Shown piece by piece: positions 20,501 to 29,391 of a stretch of DNA of 64,000 bases. Every line of letters starts with the position of its first letter. Position 1 is the stretch's first letter. Location of the stretch: the NCBI GenBank assembly GCA_021299385.1, contig JAJTGZ010000006.1:9926-73925 (forward strand), given 5' to 3'. The DNA is from Phycisphaeraceae bacterium (GTDB taxonomy: Bacteria; Planctomycetota; Phycisphaerae; Phycisphaerales; UBA1924). The translations under genes were made by a program, and so were the position numbers. The notes beneath the pieces are model-generated. The model was not told the DNA's origin. It did no database searches and worked only from the letters and a program-made list of their open reading frames with translations.

Positions 20501-21246
20501 TCTTTGTTGAGCGTGCCACGGGCAAGGTGGTCGAGCAGATCGTTGCCAAGATGAGCAAGAGCCTCAAGAACGTCATCAACCCTGATGAGATCATCGCCGG
20601 GTATGGGGCGGACACGTTCCGGCTTTATGAGATGTACATGGGGCCGCTGGAGGCGAGCAAGCCTTGGAACACCAAGGACATCATCGGGCCGTTTCGGTTC
20701 TTGCAGCGGCTGTGGCGGAACGTGATCGATGAGCAGAGCGGGGCGGTGGTGCTGGCAGGCGAGGGGGCGCCGGCAGAGTTGACGCGGCTGGTGCACCGGA
20801 CGATCGCGGGTGTTACGCAGGACATCGAGAATATCTCGCTGCACACGGCGATTGCCAAACTGATCGAGCTGAACAACGCGGTCACCAAGGCCGCCGCGGC
20901 GGGGCCGGTGCCCAAGAGCATCATCGAGCCGATGCTGGTCTTGCTTGCGCCCTTTTGCCCGCACATCTGCGAGGAACTTTGGTCGCGCCTCGGGCACGAG
21001 AAGACCATCGCCGACGCGCCGTGGCCGACGCACGACCCGGCGATGCTGGTGGATGAGACGGTGGAGATTCCGGTGCAGGTGCAGGGGAAACTGCGTGGGA
21101 AGGTGCTGGTGCCGGCGGGGTCGGACGCCAAGACGATCGAGCAGATCGCACTTGCAGACGCCAAGGTGCAAGGGGCGCTAGAGGGCAAGCCGATCAAGCG
21201 GGTGATCGTGGTGCCGGGCAAGCTGGTGAATATTGTTACGGGGTGA
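17596..21246 (+). CDS. leuS: Leucine--tRNA ligase with in-frame RAYT/REP insertion (1216 aa)
   Basis: MFPYPSGAGLHVGH (HIGH), FTTRPDT and GYGTGAIMAVPGHDERD (CP1 editing), DWTFSRQRYWGEP, KMSKS, VPGKLVNIV; 269 codons between AEIEF and LTVFTT. Confidence 0.95.
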   Translation: MSQTPDQPVAGTLPSDGPEHRYTAVLAERIEGRWQRWWAERGTFVQPNPGEVGFDASRPKFYCLDMFPYPSGAGLHVGHPEGYTATDILCRYKRAKGFNVLHPMGWDAFGLPAEQYAIQTGVHPAVTTKGAIENFRRQLQRFGFCYDWSREVGTIDPGYYKWTQWVFIQLYEAWFDHEQQRARPIAELVEEFASGKREVEYNPRGEGGESGAGLGEWAGLDKPTQRKVLASYRLAYQSTTTVNWCPKLGTVLANDEVIDGRSERGGHPVLRKPMRQWMLRITDYADRLLGQLDSLAWPESTKTMQREWIGRSEGAEIEFGLGGDGVLDLGTPTLRVGTPDPTRSVGVPGPTRSVGVPIHEEAAEGRVGRHPTLSGSEIDGIAARPDEASHPTGFVACDPYPPGGVGLSGDAARSERNLPHITMPGATYFVSWRCQDGLVLSERERGVVLDSLVHFDGERGRVFAAVVMPDHVHWIVRPGEGFELGKLVESVKHFAAQEINKMRGSKGRLWEPEALDHIVRDENSFGKYVAYVVRNPVEGGLVDRASDYGALFVHADVRSRVPHAERGGTQRQGAQRQGTRRWGTQGRGLTVFTTRPDTLFGATYMVVAPEHELVGRVLAAPGPRTDVGKVSAYVQAARHKSDVDRQEAKTKTGVDLGIDAVNPATGGAIPVWVADYVLMGYGTGAIMAVPGHDERDNEFAAAMGLPVVEVVRPPAEFKGKPGVCFSGSGTAINSSGPEVSIDGLPTAEAKGKIIAWLEGSGRGVRKVNYRLRDWTFSRQRYWGEPIPIVFDEHGDHYPVSASHLPVVLPELEDYAPAESDDAQPLLAKAKAWMNTTAGAAGIEGVDPALDHPSSPVTREANTMPGSAGSSWYFLRYCDPKNTSAFIDPKIDAYWMGNGVDFYIGGSEHTVGHLLYARFWQNALCDLGHVTCREPFRRLFHQGMITSFAYQRGDKSLVPVDEVDEGPEGVFVERATGKVVEQIVAKMSKSLKNVINPDEIIAGYGADTFRLYEMYMGPLEASKPWNTKDIIGPFRFLQRLWRNVIDEQSGAVVLAGEGAPAELTRLVHRTIAGVTQDIENISLHTAIAKLIELNNAVTKAAAAGPVPKSIIEPMLVLLAPFCPHICEELWSRLGHEKTIADAPWPTHDPAMLVDETVEIPVQVQGKLRGKVLVPAGSDAKTIEQIALADAKVQGALEGKPIKRVIVVPGKLVNIVTG
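18582..18666. repeat. Three GTAC-footed REP copies (left flank of RAYT)
   Basis: GGGTACCCCCACGCTCCGCGTGGGG at 18582-18606; inverted copy 18615-18639; inverted variant CCCCACACGGAGTGTGGGGGTACCC 18642-18666. Confidence 0.92.
19279..19355. repeat. REP copy plus four 15-bp tandem units (right flank of RAYT)
   Basis: CCCCACGCGGAGCGTGGGGGTACCC 19279-19303; gggtacccaaaggca / gggtgcccaaaggca / gggtacccgaaggtg / gggtacccaaggcag. Confidence 0.9.
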
Positions 21247-21288
21247 GGGCGTGGGGGTGATTGGTGATCAGTCCTACCCTTGCGGGCC

Positions 21289-22695
21289 ATGATTGACCTG
21301 AAACTGCTGCGAGAGAACCCTGCCCACTTCAAGGAAGGCGCACGCCTGAAGGGCGTGGCGGTGGACATCGAGCACCTGCTGGCGCTAGACGCGCGCCGGC
21401 GTGCGTTGCAAACGAGCCGGCAGGCGTTGGCGGCCGAGCAGGGGCAGCTGGAGAAGGTCGTCGGCCCGCAACTGGGCAAGCTCAGCGGGGAGCTGAAGAA
21501 GGCGGCCGATGAGGGCGCACGGAGGGAGATTGAGGGGCAGATTGCGAGTCTGCGGGGCCAACCTGCCGCGCTCAAGGCGCAGGTTCAGGCGCTCGACGAG
21601 CAGGAGCGTGCGATCGAGCCCGAGTTAACGGCGTTGCTGCTGACGGTGCCGCAACCGCCCGATGCGGATGTGCCCAGGGGCGAAGGCCCGTCGGACAACA
21701 TAGAGGCCAAGCGTTGGGCGCCGGCGGGGTGGGACTGGGGCAAGTCCTTTTCCGAGAACAAGGGGTTCCCGGCACAGAACCACATCGACCTGTGCGCGAG
21801 GCTCGGGCTGGCGGATTTTCCACGCGGGGTGAAGATGTCCGGCACGCGGTCGTACGTGCTGGCCGGGGACGGGATGCTGCTGCACCAGGCGATCCTGCGC
21901 TACGCGCTGGACTTCATGGTCCACCGCAACGGGTTCAAGCCGATGAGCGTGCCGGTGCTGGTGCGTGAGGAGTGCATGGTCGGGACGGGGTTTTTCCCGG
22001 CCGGTCGGGAGCAGGCGTATCAGATTGAAGAGTCCAAGCGTGGTGGTGGCAGTGGTAGCACCGGTGGTAGTGGGCACGACCTGTTTTTGACGGGCACGGG
22101 TGAGGTCGGCTTGATGGGGCTGCACGAGGGGGAGATTCTTGATGAGTCGGTCCTGCCGCTCAAGTATGTTACCGTGAGCACGTGTTTTCGGCGTGAGGCG
22201 GGTGCGGCGGGCAAGGACACGGCGGGTCTGTACCGCGTACACGTCTTTGACAAGGTCGAGCAGGTGATCATCGCCCGCGCCGACGAGGCCGAGAGCCGGG
22301 TGTGGCATAGGGAGATGATCGGCTACGTTGAGGCGCTGCTGCAGAGCCTTGGGCTGCCCTACCGGCTGTTGCAGTGCTGCACGGCTGACCTGGGCGTGAA
22401 GAACGCCGACATGATCGATATCGAGTGCTGGATGCCCGGCCGCGGCGAGTTTGGCGAGACACACTCGGCGTCGCGGTTGTACGACTACCAGTGCCGCCGG
22501 CTGAACATGCGCTACCGCCCGGGGGGCGAGGGTGGCAAGGGGCCCACCGCTATCTGCCACAGCCTGAACAACACCGTCGCGGCCAGCCCGAGGTTGATGA
22601 TCCCGATCCTGGAGATGTACCAGCAGGCGGACGGGACGGTGAAGGTGCCCGAGGTGCTGCGGGCGTATATGGGTGGGAAGGTGCAGATCGGGTGA
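21289..22695 (+). CDS. serS: Serine--tRNA ligase
   Basis: MIDLKLLRENP coiled-coil arm, LTGTGEV, STCFRREAG...GLYRVHVFDKVEQ, GETHSAS, HSLNNT. Confidence 0.95.
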   Translation: MIDLKLLRENPAHFKEGARLKGVAVDIEHLLALDARRRALQTSRQALAAEQGQLEKVVGPQLGKLSGELKKAADEGARREIEGQIASLRGQPAALKAQVQALDEQERAIEPELTALLLTVPQPPDADVPRGEGPSDNIEAKRWAPAGWDWGKSFSENKGFPAQNHIDLCARLGLADFPRGVKMSGTRSYVLAGDGMLLHQAILRYALDFMVHRNGFKPMSVPVLVREECMVGTGFFPAGREQAYQIEESKRGGGSGSTGGSGHDLFLTGTGEVGLMGLHEGEILDESVLPLKYVTVSTCFRREAGAAGKDTAGLYRVHVFDKVEQVIIARADEAESRVWHREMIGYVEALLQSLGLPYRLLQCCTADLGVKNADMIDIECWMPGRGEFGETHSASRLYDYQCRRLNMRYRPGGEGGKGPTAICHSLNNTVAASPRLMIPILEMYQQADGTVKVPEVLRAYMGGKVQIG

Positions 22696-22735
22696 GGAGC
22701 GTCAGCGGCTGGGACGCACGGCTTAGCCGCACACC

Positions 22736-23449
22736 TCAGCGGCGCAGTTGGGTGATGATCCCGGCACGCTGGTCAGCTGGGGCACCAAAGAGTGCCGTCG
22801 CGGCGACGATGACGTTGCAACCGGCTTCTCGGGCCGAGGGGGCGGTGGTGGGGTTGAGGCCGCCGTCCATTTGCAGGTGTTGATGGGCGTTGAGTTTGGG
22901 CTTGATTGCGCGGCATTTGTCGAGCACTTCGGGGATGAAGGCCTGCCCGCTGAAGCCGGGATTGACGCTCATGACCAAGACGAGGTCGACAATGTCGAGG
23001 TGGGGCCAGAGCAGGTCGATCTTGGTCGGCGGGTTGATCGCGACGCCGACGGTCAGGCCGAGGTCGCGGGCCTGTTTGGCGAACTCGGCACCCGCGGCGG
23101 GGGAGAGCACCTCGCAGTGGTACGTTACATGGTTGGCCCCTGCCTTGGCAAAGGGCTGGATGAACCTGGCCGGGTCGGCGACCATGAGGTGCACGTCCAG
23201 GAGTGCGCCGGGGCAGGCGGCGCGGACGCCCTTACAGACATCGGGCCCCATTGTGAGGTTGGGGACAAAGTGCCCGTCCATGACGTCCAGGTGCAGCAGG
23301 TCGGCGCCCGCGGCGAGGATTTGCTGGCAGTCGCGGGCCAGGTGGCCGAAGTCCGCCGAGAGGATCGAGGGGGCGATAAGCGTGCGGGGTAGGTCGGCTC
23401 CCCGAGCCGACAGTCCTCCCTCGGCGTTGGTTGAGTCATTGAACCGCAT
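22736..23449 (-). CDS. rpe: Ribulose-phosphate 3-epimerase
   Basis: IAPSILSADF, LHLDVMDGHFVPNLTMG, DVHLMV, VMSVNPGFSGQAF, MDGG. Confidence 0.95.
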   Translation of the reverse strand: MRFNDSTNAEGGLSARGADLPRTLIAPSILSADFGHLARDCQQILAAGADLLHLDVMDGHFVPNLTMGPDVCKGVRAACPGALLDVHLMVADPARFIQPFAKAGANHVTYHCEVLSPAAGAEFAKQARDLGLTVGVAINPPTKIDLLWPHLDIVDLVLVMSVNPGFSGQAFIPEVLDKCRAIKPKLNAHQHLQMDGGLNPTTAPSAREAGCNVIVAATALFGAPADQRAGIITQLRR

Positions 23450-23635
23450 GGACAGAGGGTAACCCCCCGGCGGCTTGTCCACGCATCAAGCAGGACCGGC
23501 TATGCTGGCATCCCTCAAAGAGGCCTGCGCGGCGTGTAGCCGTTGTTTTTGGCCGAGCTTTGAGGTTGGGGCAGGCTGGTGGTATGGACCCCAGCGTTGG
23601 CCCTTGGTATGACCTTGGCCCTTTGCGAGCCGCAC

Positions 23636-25243
23636 ATGCAGAGCCTCCTTGACCGCCTGGACCTTTCCCCCTCCCGCACGCACTCGAACCTGGCCCCTGC
23701 CAGGCTGGTAGAAATGGCCGTGGCAAGGGGTGAGGGGGTCCTGGCCAGCAACGGGGGGCTGGTCGCCAAGACCGGCGACCGCACCGGCCGCAGCCCCAAG
23801 GACAAGTACCTCGAGGACACCCCGGGCATCCACGACAAGATCGGGTGGGGTGGGTTCAACACCCCGATAAAGCCGGGGAACTTTGATAAGGTGGTGGGGA
23901 TCGCGATCGACCACCTCAACGCGCAGAAGGACGTGTTTGTGTTTGAGGGGTTTGTGGGAGCCGACCCGAAGCACCGGCTGGGCGCACGCGTGATTGCCGA
24001 GCAGGCGTGGCACAGCCTCTTTATCCGCACGCTTTTTATCCCCCAAGGCTCGCCCGCGGCGGGGACGGACGCGCAGGGCCGGCCGGCAAAGTGGAAGCAC
24101 GACTGGACGATCCTCAACGCCAGCAAACGGCGCTTGACGCCGGCGGAGCAGGCCGAGCTGGGGGTGAAAAGCCCGGTGATCATCGTGCAGAGCCTGGAGC
24201 GCAAGCTGGTGGTGATCGTCGGCAGCGAGTACGCCGGGGAGATGAAAAAGAGCCTGTTTTATGCGATGAACTACGACATGCCCGAGCAAGGGGTCTTCCC
24301 GATGCACTGCTCGTGCAACGTTGCCAAGGACGACCCGAAGAACGTGGCGCTCTTCTTTGGCCTCTCGGGCACGGGCAAGACGACGCTCTCGGCGGACCCT
24401 GCGCGTGCCCTTGTGGGCGACGATGAGCACGGGTGGAGCGACAGGGGTGCCTTCAACTTTGAGGGTGGGTGCTACGCCAAGTGCATCAAGCTCTCAAAGG
24501 AGGGTGAGCCTGAGATTTGGGATGCGATCCGGTTTGGGAGCGTGCTGGAGAACGTGGTGATCGACGGGCAGACGCGCGTGCCGGACTATGACAGTGATGC
24601 GCTGGCGGAGAACAGCCGGGCGACGTACCCGCTGGAGTTTATCGATGGCGCAGTGGTCCCGAGCCTGGCTGGGCACCCGAGGAACGTGGTTTTCCTGACG
24701 GCCGATGCGTACGGCGTGATGCCCCCGATCGCACGTTTGAGCCGGGAGCAGGCGATGTACTACTTCATCAACGGGTACACCAGCAAGTTGGCGGGGACGG
24801 AGTTGGGTGTCAAGGAGCCGCAGCCGAACTTCAGCGCGTGCTTTGGCGGGCCGTTTTTGCCCAGGCCGGCGATGGTCTATGCGCAGATGCTCGCCGACCG
24901 GGTCAAGAAGCACAACGCGGATGTTTGGCTGCTGAACACGGGGTGGACGGGCGGCCCGTATGGCGTGGGGGAGCGATTCAAGTTGGCGTACACGCGTGCG
25001 TTTGTACGGGCGATTTTGGATGGGTCGCTCAAGGGGGTCAAGTGCGAGCCGGACGCGGTCTTCGGGCTGCCGATCCCGGCCGAGGTGCCCGGCGTGCCGT
25101 GGCGGCTGCTCAAGCCGAGGAACGCGTGGGCAAGCGGGGTCGAGTATGACCGGCGTGCCAAGGACCTGGCGGCAAAGTTCCGCGACAACGACAAGAAGTT
25201 TGACATGCCCGAGAACGTCCGCTCGGCTGGGCCGAGGGGGTGA
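23636..25243 (+). CDS. pckA: Phosphoenolpyruvate carboxykinase (ATP)
   Basis: TGRSPKDK, YAGEMKKS, MHCS, FFGLSGTGKTTLSAD, GDDEHGW, NFEGGCYAK. Confidence 0.96.
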   Translation: MQSLLDRLDLSPSRTHSNLAPARLVEMAVARGEGVLASNGGLVAKTGDRTGRSPKDKYLEDTPGIHDKIGWGGFNTPIKPGNFDKVVGIAIDHLNAQKDVFVFEGFVGADPKHRLGARVIAEQAWHSLFIRTLFIPQGSPAAGTDAQGRPAKWKHDWTILNASKRRLTPAEQAELGVKSPVIIVQSLERKLVVIVGSEYAGEMKKSLFYAMNYDMPEQGVFPMHCSCNVAKDDPKNVALFFGLSGTGKTTLSADPARALVGDDEHGWSDRGAFNFEGGCYAKCIKLSKEGEPEIWDAIRFGSVLENVVIDGQTRVPDYDSDALAENSRATYPLEFIDGAVVPSLAGHPRNVVFLTADAYGVMPPIARLSREQAMYYFINGYTSKLAGTELGVKEPQPNFSACFGGPFLPRPAMVYAQMLADRVKKHNADVWLLNTGWTGGPYGVGERFKLAYTRAFVRAILDGSLKGVKCEPDAVFGLPIPAEVPGVPWRLLKPRNAWASGVEYDRRAKDLAAKFRDNDKKFDMPENVRSAGPRG

Positions 25244-25259
25244 TTTTCGGAAAAATTCG

Positions 25260-25297
25260 CCCTACGACTTGACATATGTCAAGTCGTAGGGTATGTT
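25260..25297 (+). promoter_or_regulatory. Sigma70-type promoter overlapped by a perfect 32-bp palindrome (putative antitoxin operator)
   Basis: CCCTACGACTTGACAT|ATGTCAAGTCGTAGGG at 25260-25291; TTGACA (25269-25274), 17-bp spacer, TATGTT (25292-25297). Confidence 0.8.
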
Positions 25298-25383
25298 ACT
25301 CCGATGGAGTACCTGTCGGCTGAATCTGTGTTGTTGATGTACCATCCGACGCAAGGAAGCTGTCATGGTTAGCCTAGCCCTGA

Positions 25384-25776
25384 ATGGCCAAACTTTATCC
25401 TGATAACAGCACGTATCAGGTGATTGCAAGGATTCTTAAGGAAGCCTGTGCTGGTCTACAGCCTGACCCGGTTCTGATGAAGCGTGTCGCGTTGGACAAG
25501 ATGGTGAAGTTCTGGGGCAATCTGACCTTTAAAGGCTTGCTGGCGATACTGAACGAGCACGTAGTGACTAGAAATCCGATCAGCCAGGTGAAAGAGACAC
25601 GCGAGGAGTACTGCAGGGAGCATGAGTTTCACTACGACTTTGTCGTCCCAGCACCGGCCGGGTCGAAATATCCGAAGATCTATGTCGAGGCGAGACTCGA
25701 CGACGGGGCTCGCGATCAGGACAGTTGGCGTTTGATAATCTTGAGCATTCATCCTCCTAACCGATCGAATCCCTGA
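25384..25776 (+). CDS. Putative toxin, divergent MqsR/RelE-like
   Basis: 130 aa immediately upstream of an MqsA-like gene; C-terminal KIYVEARL...LIILSIH resembles MqsR-type ends. Confidence 0.6.
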   Translation: MAKLYPDNSTYQVIARILKEACAGLQPDPVLMKRVALDKMVKFWGNLTFKGLLAILNEHVVTRNPISQVKETREEYCREHEFHYDFVVPAPAGSKYPKIYVEARLDDGARDQDSWRLIILSIHPPNRSNP

Positions 25777-25777
25777 T

Positions 25778-26302
25778 ATGACTAGTCAATCATTTAACCC
25801 GCGTTGCCCCTGCTGCAAGAGCGATTCTCTGGAAAAATCGACCGAGGCTGTAGATCGCGAGTATGCGTTTGAGGGCCGCAGTGTGGCCGTCTCGCTCCCA
25901 GCCGTGCCGGTGCTTCGGTGCCGGTCGTGCCAAGAGGTCTTGTTCGGGCTCGAGGCGGACGAAGCTCTGACGGCGGAGTTTCGGCGTTTGACAAACCTGC
26001 TGTCGCCGACGCAAATCCGCGCACTCCGCAAGGCACTCGGGTATACCCAGGAAGAGCTCGCGGGCATCATGCGTATCGCAGCCGAGTCGATCTCGCGTTG
26101 GGAACGTGGGCATGTGATCCAGTCGGGGGGGATGGACACCCTTCTGCGGGTGGTCCTGAACGTTTCAGAAGCTCGCCGTGTGCCTGCCCGGCTCAGCCCC
26201 CTTGAGCAGGCGTCATTGACCTACAAAAAAGATTCGACCGGGTGGGCGTCCAAACCGGATGTACTCACCAGCGGCAAACCAGGAATGGCTCGCGCTGCCT
26301 GA
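25778..26302 (+). CDS. MqsA-like antitoxin (zinc ribbon + XRE HTH + C-terminal extension)
   Basis: CPCC...CRSC zinc ribbon; LLSPTQIRALRKALGYTQEELA...ISRWERG HTH; tail of about 45 aa. Confidence 0.88.
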   Translation: MTSQSFNPRCPCCKSDSLEKSTEAVDREYAFEGRSVAVSLPAVPVLRCRSCQEVLFGLEADEALTAEFRRLTNLLSPTQIRALRKALGYTQEELAGIMRIAAESISRWERGHVIQSGGMDTLLRVVLNVSEARRVPARLSPLEQASLTYKKDSTGWASKPDVLTSGKPGMARAA

Positions 26303-26309
26303 CGCGAGA

Positions 26310-26849
26310 ATGGAAATGGTAACAAGCAACAAACCCGAGGCCCCTGCTTCACCTGCCGCTGGCGATCCGAGCGTGGTGGCCATGCGTGTAGATGAGATTC
26401 GGTTTATCCGCCTGATCGGCAGCGCATTCGAGTTTCCTCGGCGCCACATGGCCGGGGGTGAGGTGGTCCCGCTGAACATACACGATCACGCCGCTACACA
26501 CCTTGATGGGCGCGATCTTGTTGTACAGATCAAGCTGACCCTACGATTATCAGCGGACGCCGATGCCACGCAGGAGTCTGAGGAATCAGGCGACTTGTTG
26601 CGTATTCGTGGCGAGTTTGAGCTTGCATATCGCTTGTCCGAGGGGGATGCACTATCCGAGGCTGACCTGATGGCATTTGCGCATGTCAATGGTATGATGA
26701 ACGCGGTGCCGTATTGGCGCGAGTTTGTGTCAAGCACACTTGTGCGTGCGGGGCTGCCTTCCTATGAAGTGCCCCCGTTCAACCCATTTAAAATAGCCTC
26801 GGCAATGCGTGCCAAGTCCAAGCCAGCTCAAGAGCCTGCTGCCGATTAG
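26310..26849 (+). CDS. SecB-like chaperone
   Basis: IRGEFELAY...AFAHVNGMMNAVPYWREFVSSTLVRAGLPSYEVPPF matches the SecB-fold C-terminal signature. Confidence 0.8.
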   Translation: MEMVTSNKPEAPASPAAGDPSVVAMRVDEIRFIRLIGSAFEFPRRHMAGGEVVPLNIHDHAATHLDGRDLVVQIKLTLRLSADADATQESEESGDLLRIRGEFELAYRLSEGDALSEADLMAFAHVNGMMNAVPYWREFVSSTLVRAGLPSYEVPPFNPFKIASAMRAKSKPAQEPAAD

Positions 26850-26858
26850 GAGCCGTGT

Positions 26859-27518
26859 ATGCCCACCTGTGCCATCATCCTCTCGGGCTGCGGCCGGGGG
26901 GATGGGTCGGAGATTCATGAGTCAGTCTCGATCTTGCAGCACGTCTGCCGGCTGGGTGGCACGTACCGGTGCTTTGCGCCGGACAAGGCCCAGCAGGACG
27001 TGATCAACCACCTGACGGGAGAGGCCGAGGGTGGCAGCCGGAACTGTCTGGTAGAGTCGGCACGGATCGCGCGTGGGGAGATTTCGCCGATTGCTTCTTG
27101 CCGGGTTGAAGACTTTGACGCGTTGATGCTGCCGGGCGGGTTTGGTGCGGCCAAGAACTTGTGCACGTTTGCGCGCGATGGGGAGAAGATGGCCGTGGAC
27201 GCGGAGGTGGACCGTCTGGTGCGTGGGTTCCACCGCGCGGGCAAGCCGATCGGGCTGGCGTGCATCGCGCCGGTGATCGCGGCGCGGGTATTGACGGGGG
27301 TTGCCGTTACGCTCGGCGGCGAGGGGGATGCGCCGAACGCCGTGCGCGCGTGGGGGAGTGTGCACCGCGTGGTGGGGGTGCACGAGTGCGTGGTGGATGA
27401 GGGGTTCAAGGTCGCCACGGCCCCGGCATATATGTACGCAGAGGCAAACGCGTGGCAGGTGAGCGTCGGGATCGGGAAGATGGTCGAGCAGGTATTTAGG
27501 CTCTCGGCGCAGGGCTGA
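26859..27518 (+). CDS. elbB: Glyoxalase ElbB (DJ-1/PfpI family)
   Basis: ILSGCG..DGSEIHE, RNCLVESARIARG, PGGFGAAKNL, KPIG..CIAP, TAPAYM. Confidence 0.92.
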   Translation: MPTCAIILSGCGRGDGSEIHESVSILQHVCRLGGTYRCFAPDKAQQDVINHLTGEAEGGSRNCLVESARIARGEISPIASCRVEDFDALMLPGGFGAAKNLCTFARDGEKMAVDAEVDRLVRGFHRAGKPIGLACIAPVIAARVLTGVAVTLGGEGDAPNAVRAWGSVHRVVGVHECVVDEGFKVATAPAYMYAEANAWQVSVGIGKMVEQVFRLSAQG

Positions 27519-27867
27519 GGCCCGCACGGCCGCGGCGGCCCAGGTGCCACCCCAGCACCACACCCGCGACCCCGAGCGATGCTGCCCCGATCCCCTGGGT
27601 GAGCTCACGCTGGAAGTACGCACGCCGGGATTGGTCCGTCAGCCACGCCGCGACGTCCTCGGCACGGTTGGGGTTGGACCGAAAGGCCTGCGGCAGCCGT
27701 GGATCGACGCGAGCCTGGTCGATCGCGCCGGAGTTGACGAGGGCGGCATACTTGCCGGCAGCCTCACCGACGGCGGCACGGCCCTGGTTTCCAGCGTTGG
27801 CGAGCATCGCCGAGCCTGTGGCCAGGAGCAGGAGGCCGAGGATGATGAGCAGGCGTGGGACGGTCAT
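27496..27867 (-). CDS. Hypothetical two-TM membrane protein
   Basis: Hydrophobic N- and C-terminal helices; TACCCT 6 nt upstream of ATG. Confidence 0.55.
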   Translation of the reverse strand: MTVPRLLIILGLLLLATGSAMLANAGNQGRAAVGEAAGKYAALVNSGAIDQARVDPRLPQAFRSNPNRAEDVAAWLTDQSRRAYFQRELTQGIGAASLGVAGVVLGWHLGRRGRAGLSPAPRA

Positions 27868-27901
27868 GTGGGTAGGGTAGAGGGAACCAAGGGCTAGCCA
27901 A

Positions 27902-27936
27902 CCCCACCCCTGCCCCTCCCCTCGGGGGAGGGGTTC
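27902..27936. repeat. 35-bp dispersed palindromic repeat, copy 2
   Basis: Identical to 5487-5521. Confidence 0.9.
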
Positions 27937-27946
27937 GCGCAACGAT

Positions 27947-29302
27947 TTAACTGGGCTTCACAGCCGCGCGGCCGATGGAGTAGTACGTGAACCCGTGCTC
28001 GCGCATCTGCGAGGGGCGGTAGAGGTTTCGGCCGTCGAAGATCACGGGGGACTTCATGACTTTGGCGAGCTGGTGATAGTCGGGGCTTTTGAAGTCGTCC
28101 CAGTCGGTGCTGATGACCAGCGCGTCGGCGTCGCGGGCGCAGGCGTATTGGTCGTCGGTGATCTCCACCGCGCTGCCGAGTTCATGCCGGGCGTTCTCGG
28201 CGGCGACGGGGTCGTAGGCCCTGACCTTGGCGCCATAGCCCAGGGCCTTGCGCATGAGCGTGATGGCGGGTGCCTCGCGGATGTCGTCGGTCTTGGGCTT
28301 AAAGGCGATGCCCCAGAAGGCGATGGTCTTACCGGCCAGGCCCCCGGGTGCGGTCTTGGCGGAGAAGTGGCCCATGACTTTGTCGAAGAAGCGGTCGCGT
28401 TGGCGTTGGTTGGTCTCGTGCACGGCCTTGCTGACGAGGGTCGGTATGCCGGTCTTTTCACCCATCATGATGCAGGCGAGGGTGTCCTTGGGGAAGCACG
28501 AGCCGCCGTAGCCCAGGCCGGGGTAGAGGAACTGGTTGCCGATGCGTTTATCCGAGCACATCCCCTCGCGGACGCGGGCGATATCGGCGCCGTGGGCCTC
28601 GCAGAGGTTGGCCATCTCGTTGATAAAGGAGATTTTGGTCGCCAGGAAGTTGTTGCTGGCGTACTTGACCATCTCGCTAGAGAGAATGTCGATGACAAAG
28701 ATGGGGTGCCCGTTGCGGACGAAGGGGTCGTAGAGCTCGCGCATGCGGTCGCCGACGGCGTCGTGCTCGACGCCGCAGACGACGCGGTCGGGCTTGTTGA
28801 AGTCGTCGATGGCGGCGCCTTCTTTGAGGAACTCGGGGTTGTTGGCAACCTCAAACGGGATGGCGGGGCCGACCTTGGCGCGGATGCGGTCGCGGACCAT
28901 AAGCGTGGTGCCGACGGGGACGGTGCTCTTGACGACGATGACCTTGGGGCGTTGCTTGGGGCCGAGTTTGATCAGCGCGTCGGCGATGGCGTCGGCGGCG
29001 GAGTGGATGTACTTCAGGTCGGTGTGCCCGCGCTCATCGCTGGGGGTCCCGACGCAGATGAAGATCATGTCGGCGTGCTCGTGGGCCTCCCAGGCGTCGG
29101 TGGTAAAGAGCAGCCGTTTGGCGGCGATGTTGTGGGCCATCAGTTCGTCAAGCCCCGGCTCGTAGATCGGGCTGGTCCCTTGGCGGAGTTTGGCGACCTT
29201 GGCCGGGTCGATGTCCAGGCACGTAACCGTGTTGCCGGTGTTGGCTAGACAGACACCCGTAACGAGGCCGACGTAACCAGTACCGACCATGCTCAGACGC
29301 AT
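27947..29302 (-). CDS. ugd: UDP-glucose 6-dehydrogenase
   Basis: VGTGYVGL, FICVGTP, VKSTVPVGT, NPEFLKEG, KYASN.FLATKISFINE, GYGGSCFPKD, FKPKTDDIRE. Confidence 0.93.
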   Translation of the reverse strand: MRLSMVGTGYVGLVTGVCLANTGNTVTCLDIDPAKVAKLRQGTSPIYEPGLDELMAHNIAAKRLLFTTDAWEAHEHADMIFICVGTPSDERGHTDLKYIHSAADAIADALIKLGPKQRPKVIVVKSTVPVGTTLMVRDRIRAKVGPAIPFEVANNPEFLKEGAAIDDFNKPDRVVCGVEHDAVGDRMRELYDPFVRNGHPIFVIDILSSEMVKYASNNFLATKISFINEMANLCEAHGADIARVREGMCSDKRIGNQFLYPGLGYGGSCFPKDTLACIMMGEKTGIPTLVSKAVHETNQRQRDRFFDKVMGHFSAKTAPGGLAGKTIAFWGIAFKPKTDDIREAPAITLMRKALGYGAKVRAYDPVAAENARHELGSAVEITDDQYACARDADALVISTDWDDFKSPDYHQLAKVMKSPVIFDGRNLYRPSQMREHGFTYYSIGRAAVKPS

Positions 29303-29391
29303 CAACTGCTCCTTGGCTCGCTTTTGGACGTGCCCGGCGGGGTATCGGCCCGCGTGGGGGAAAACTATAGAGCCTGGGCGAGGCCCCCGGT

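Noticed and set aside
18721..21171. Long antisense or alternative-frame ORFs (816 aa here; also 59815-61605, 31969-33567, 52468-53982)
   Set aside because: Shadows of real genes in high-GC DNA with Arg/Pro/His-biased composition and no recognisable motifs.
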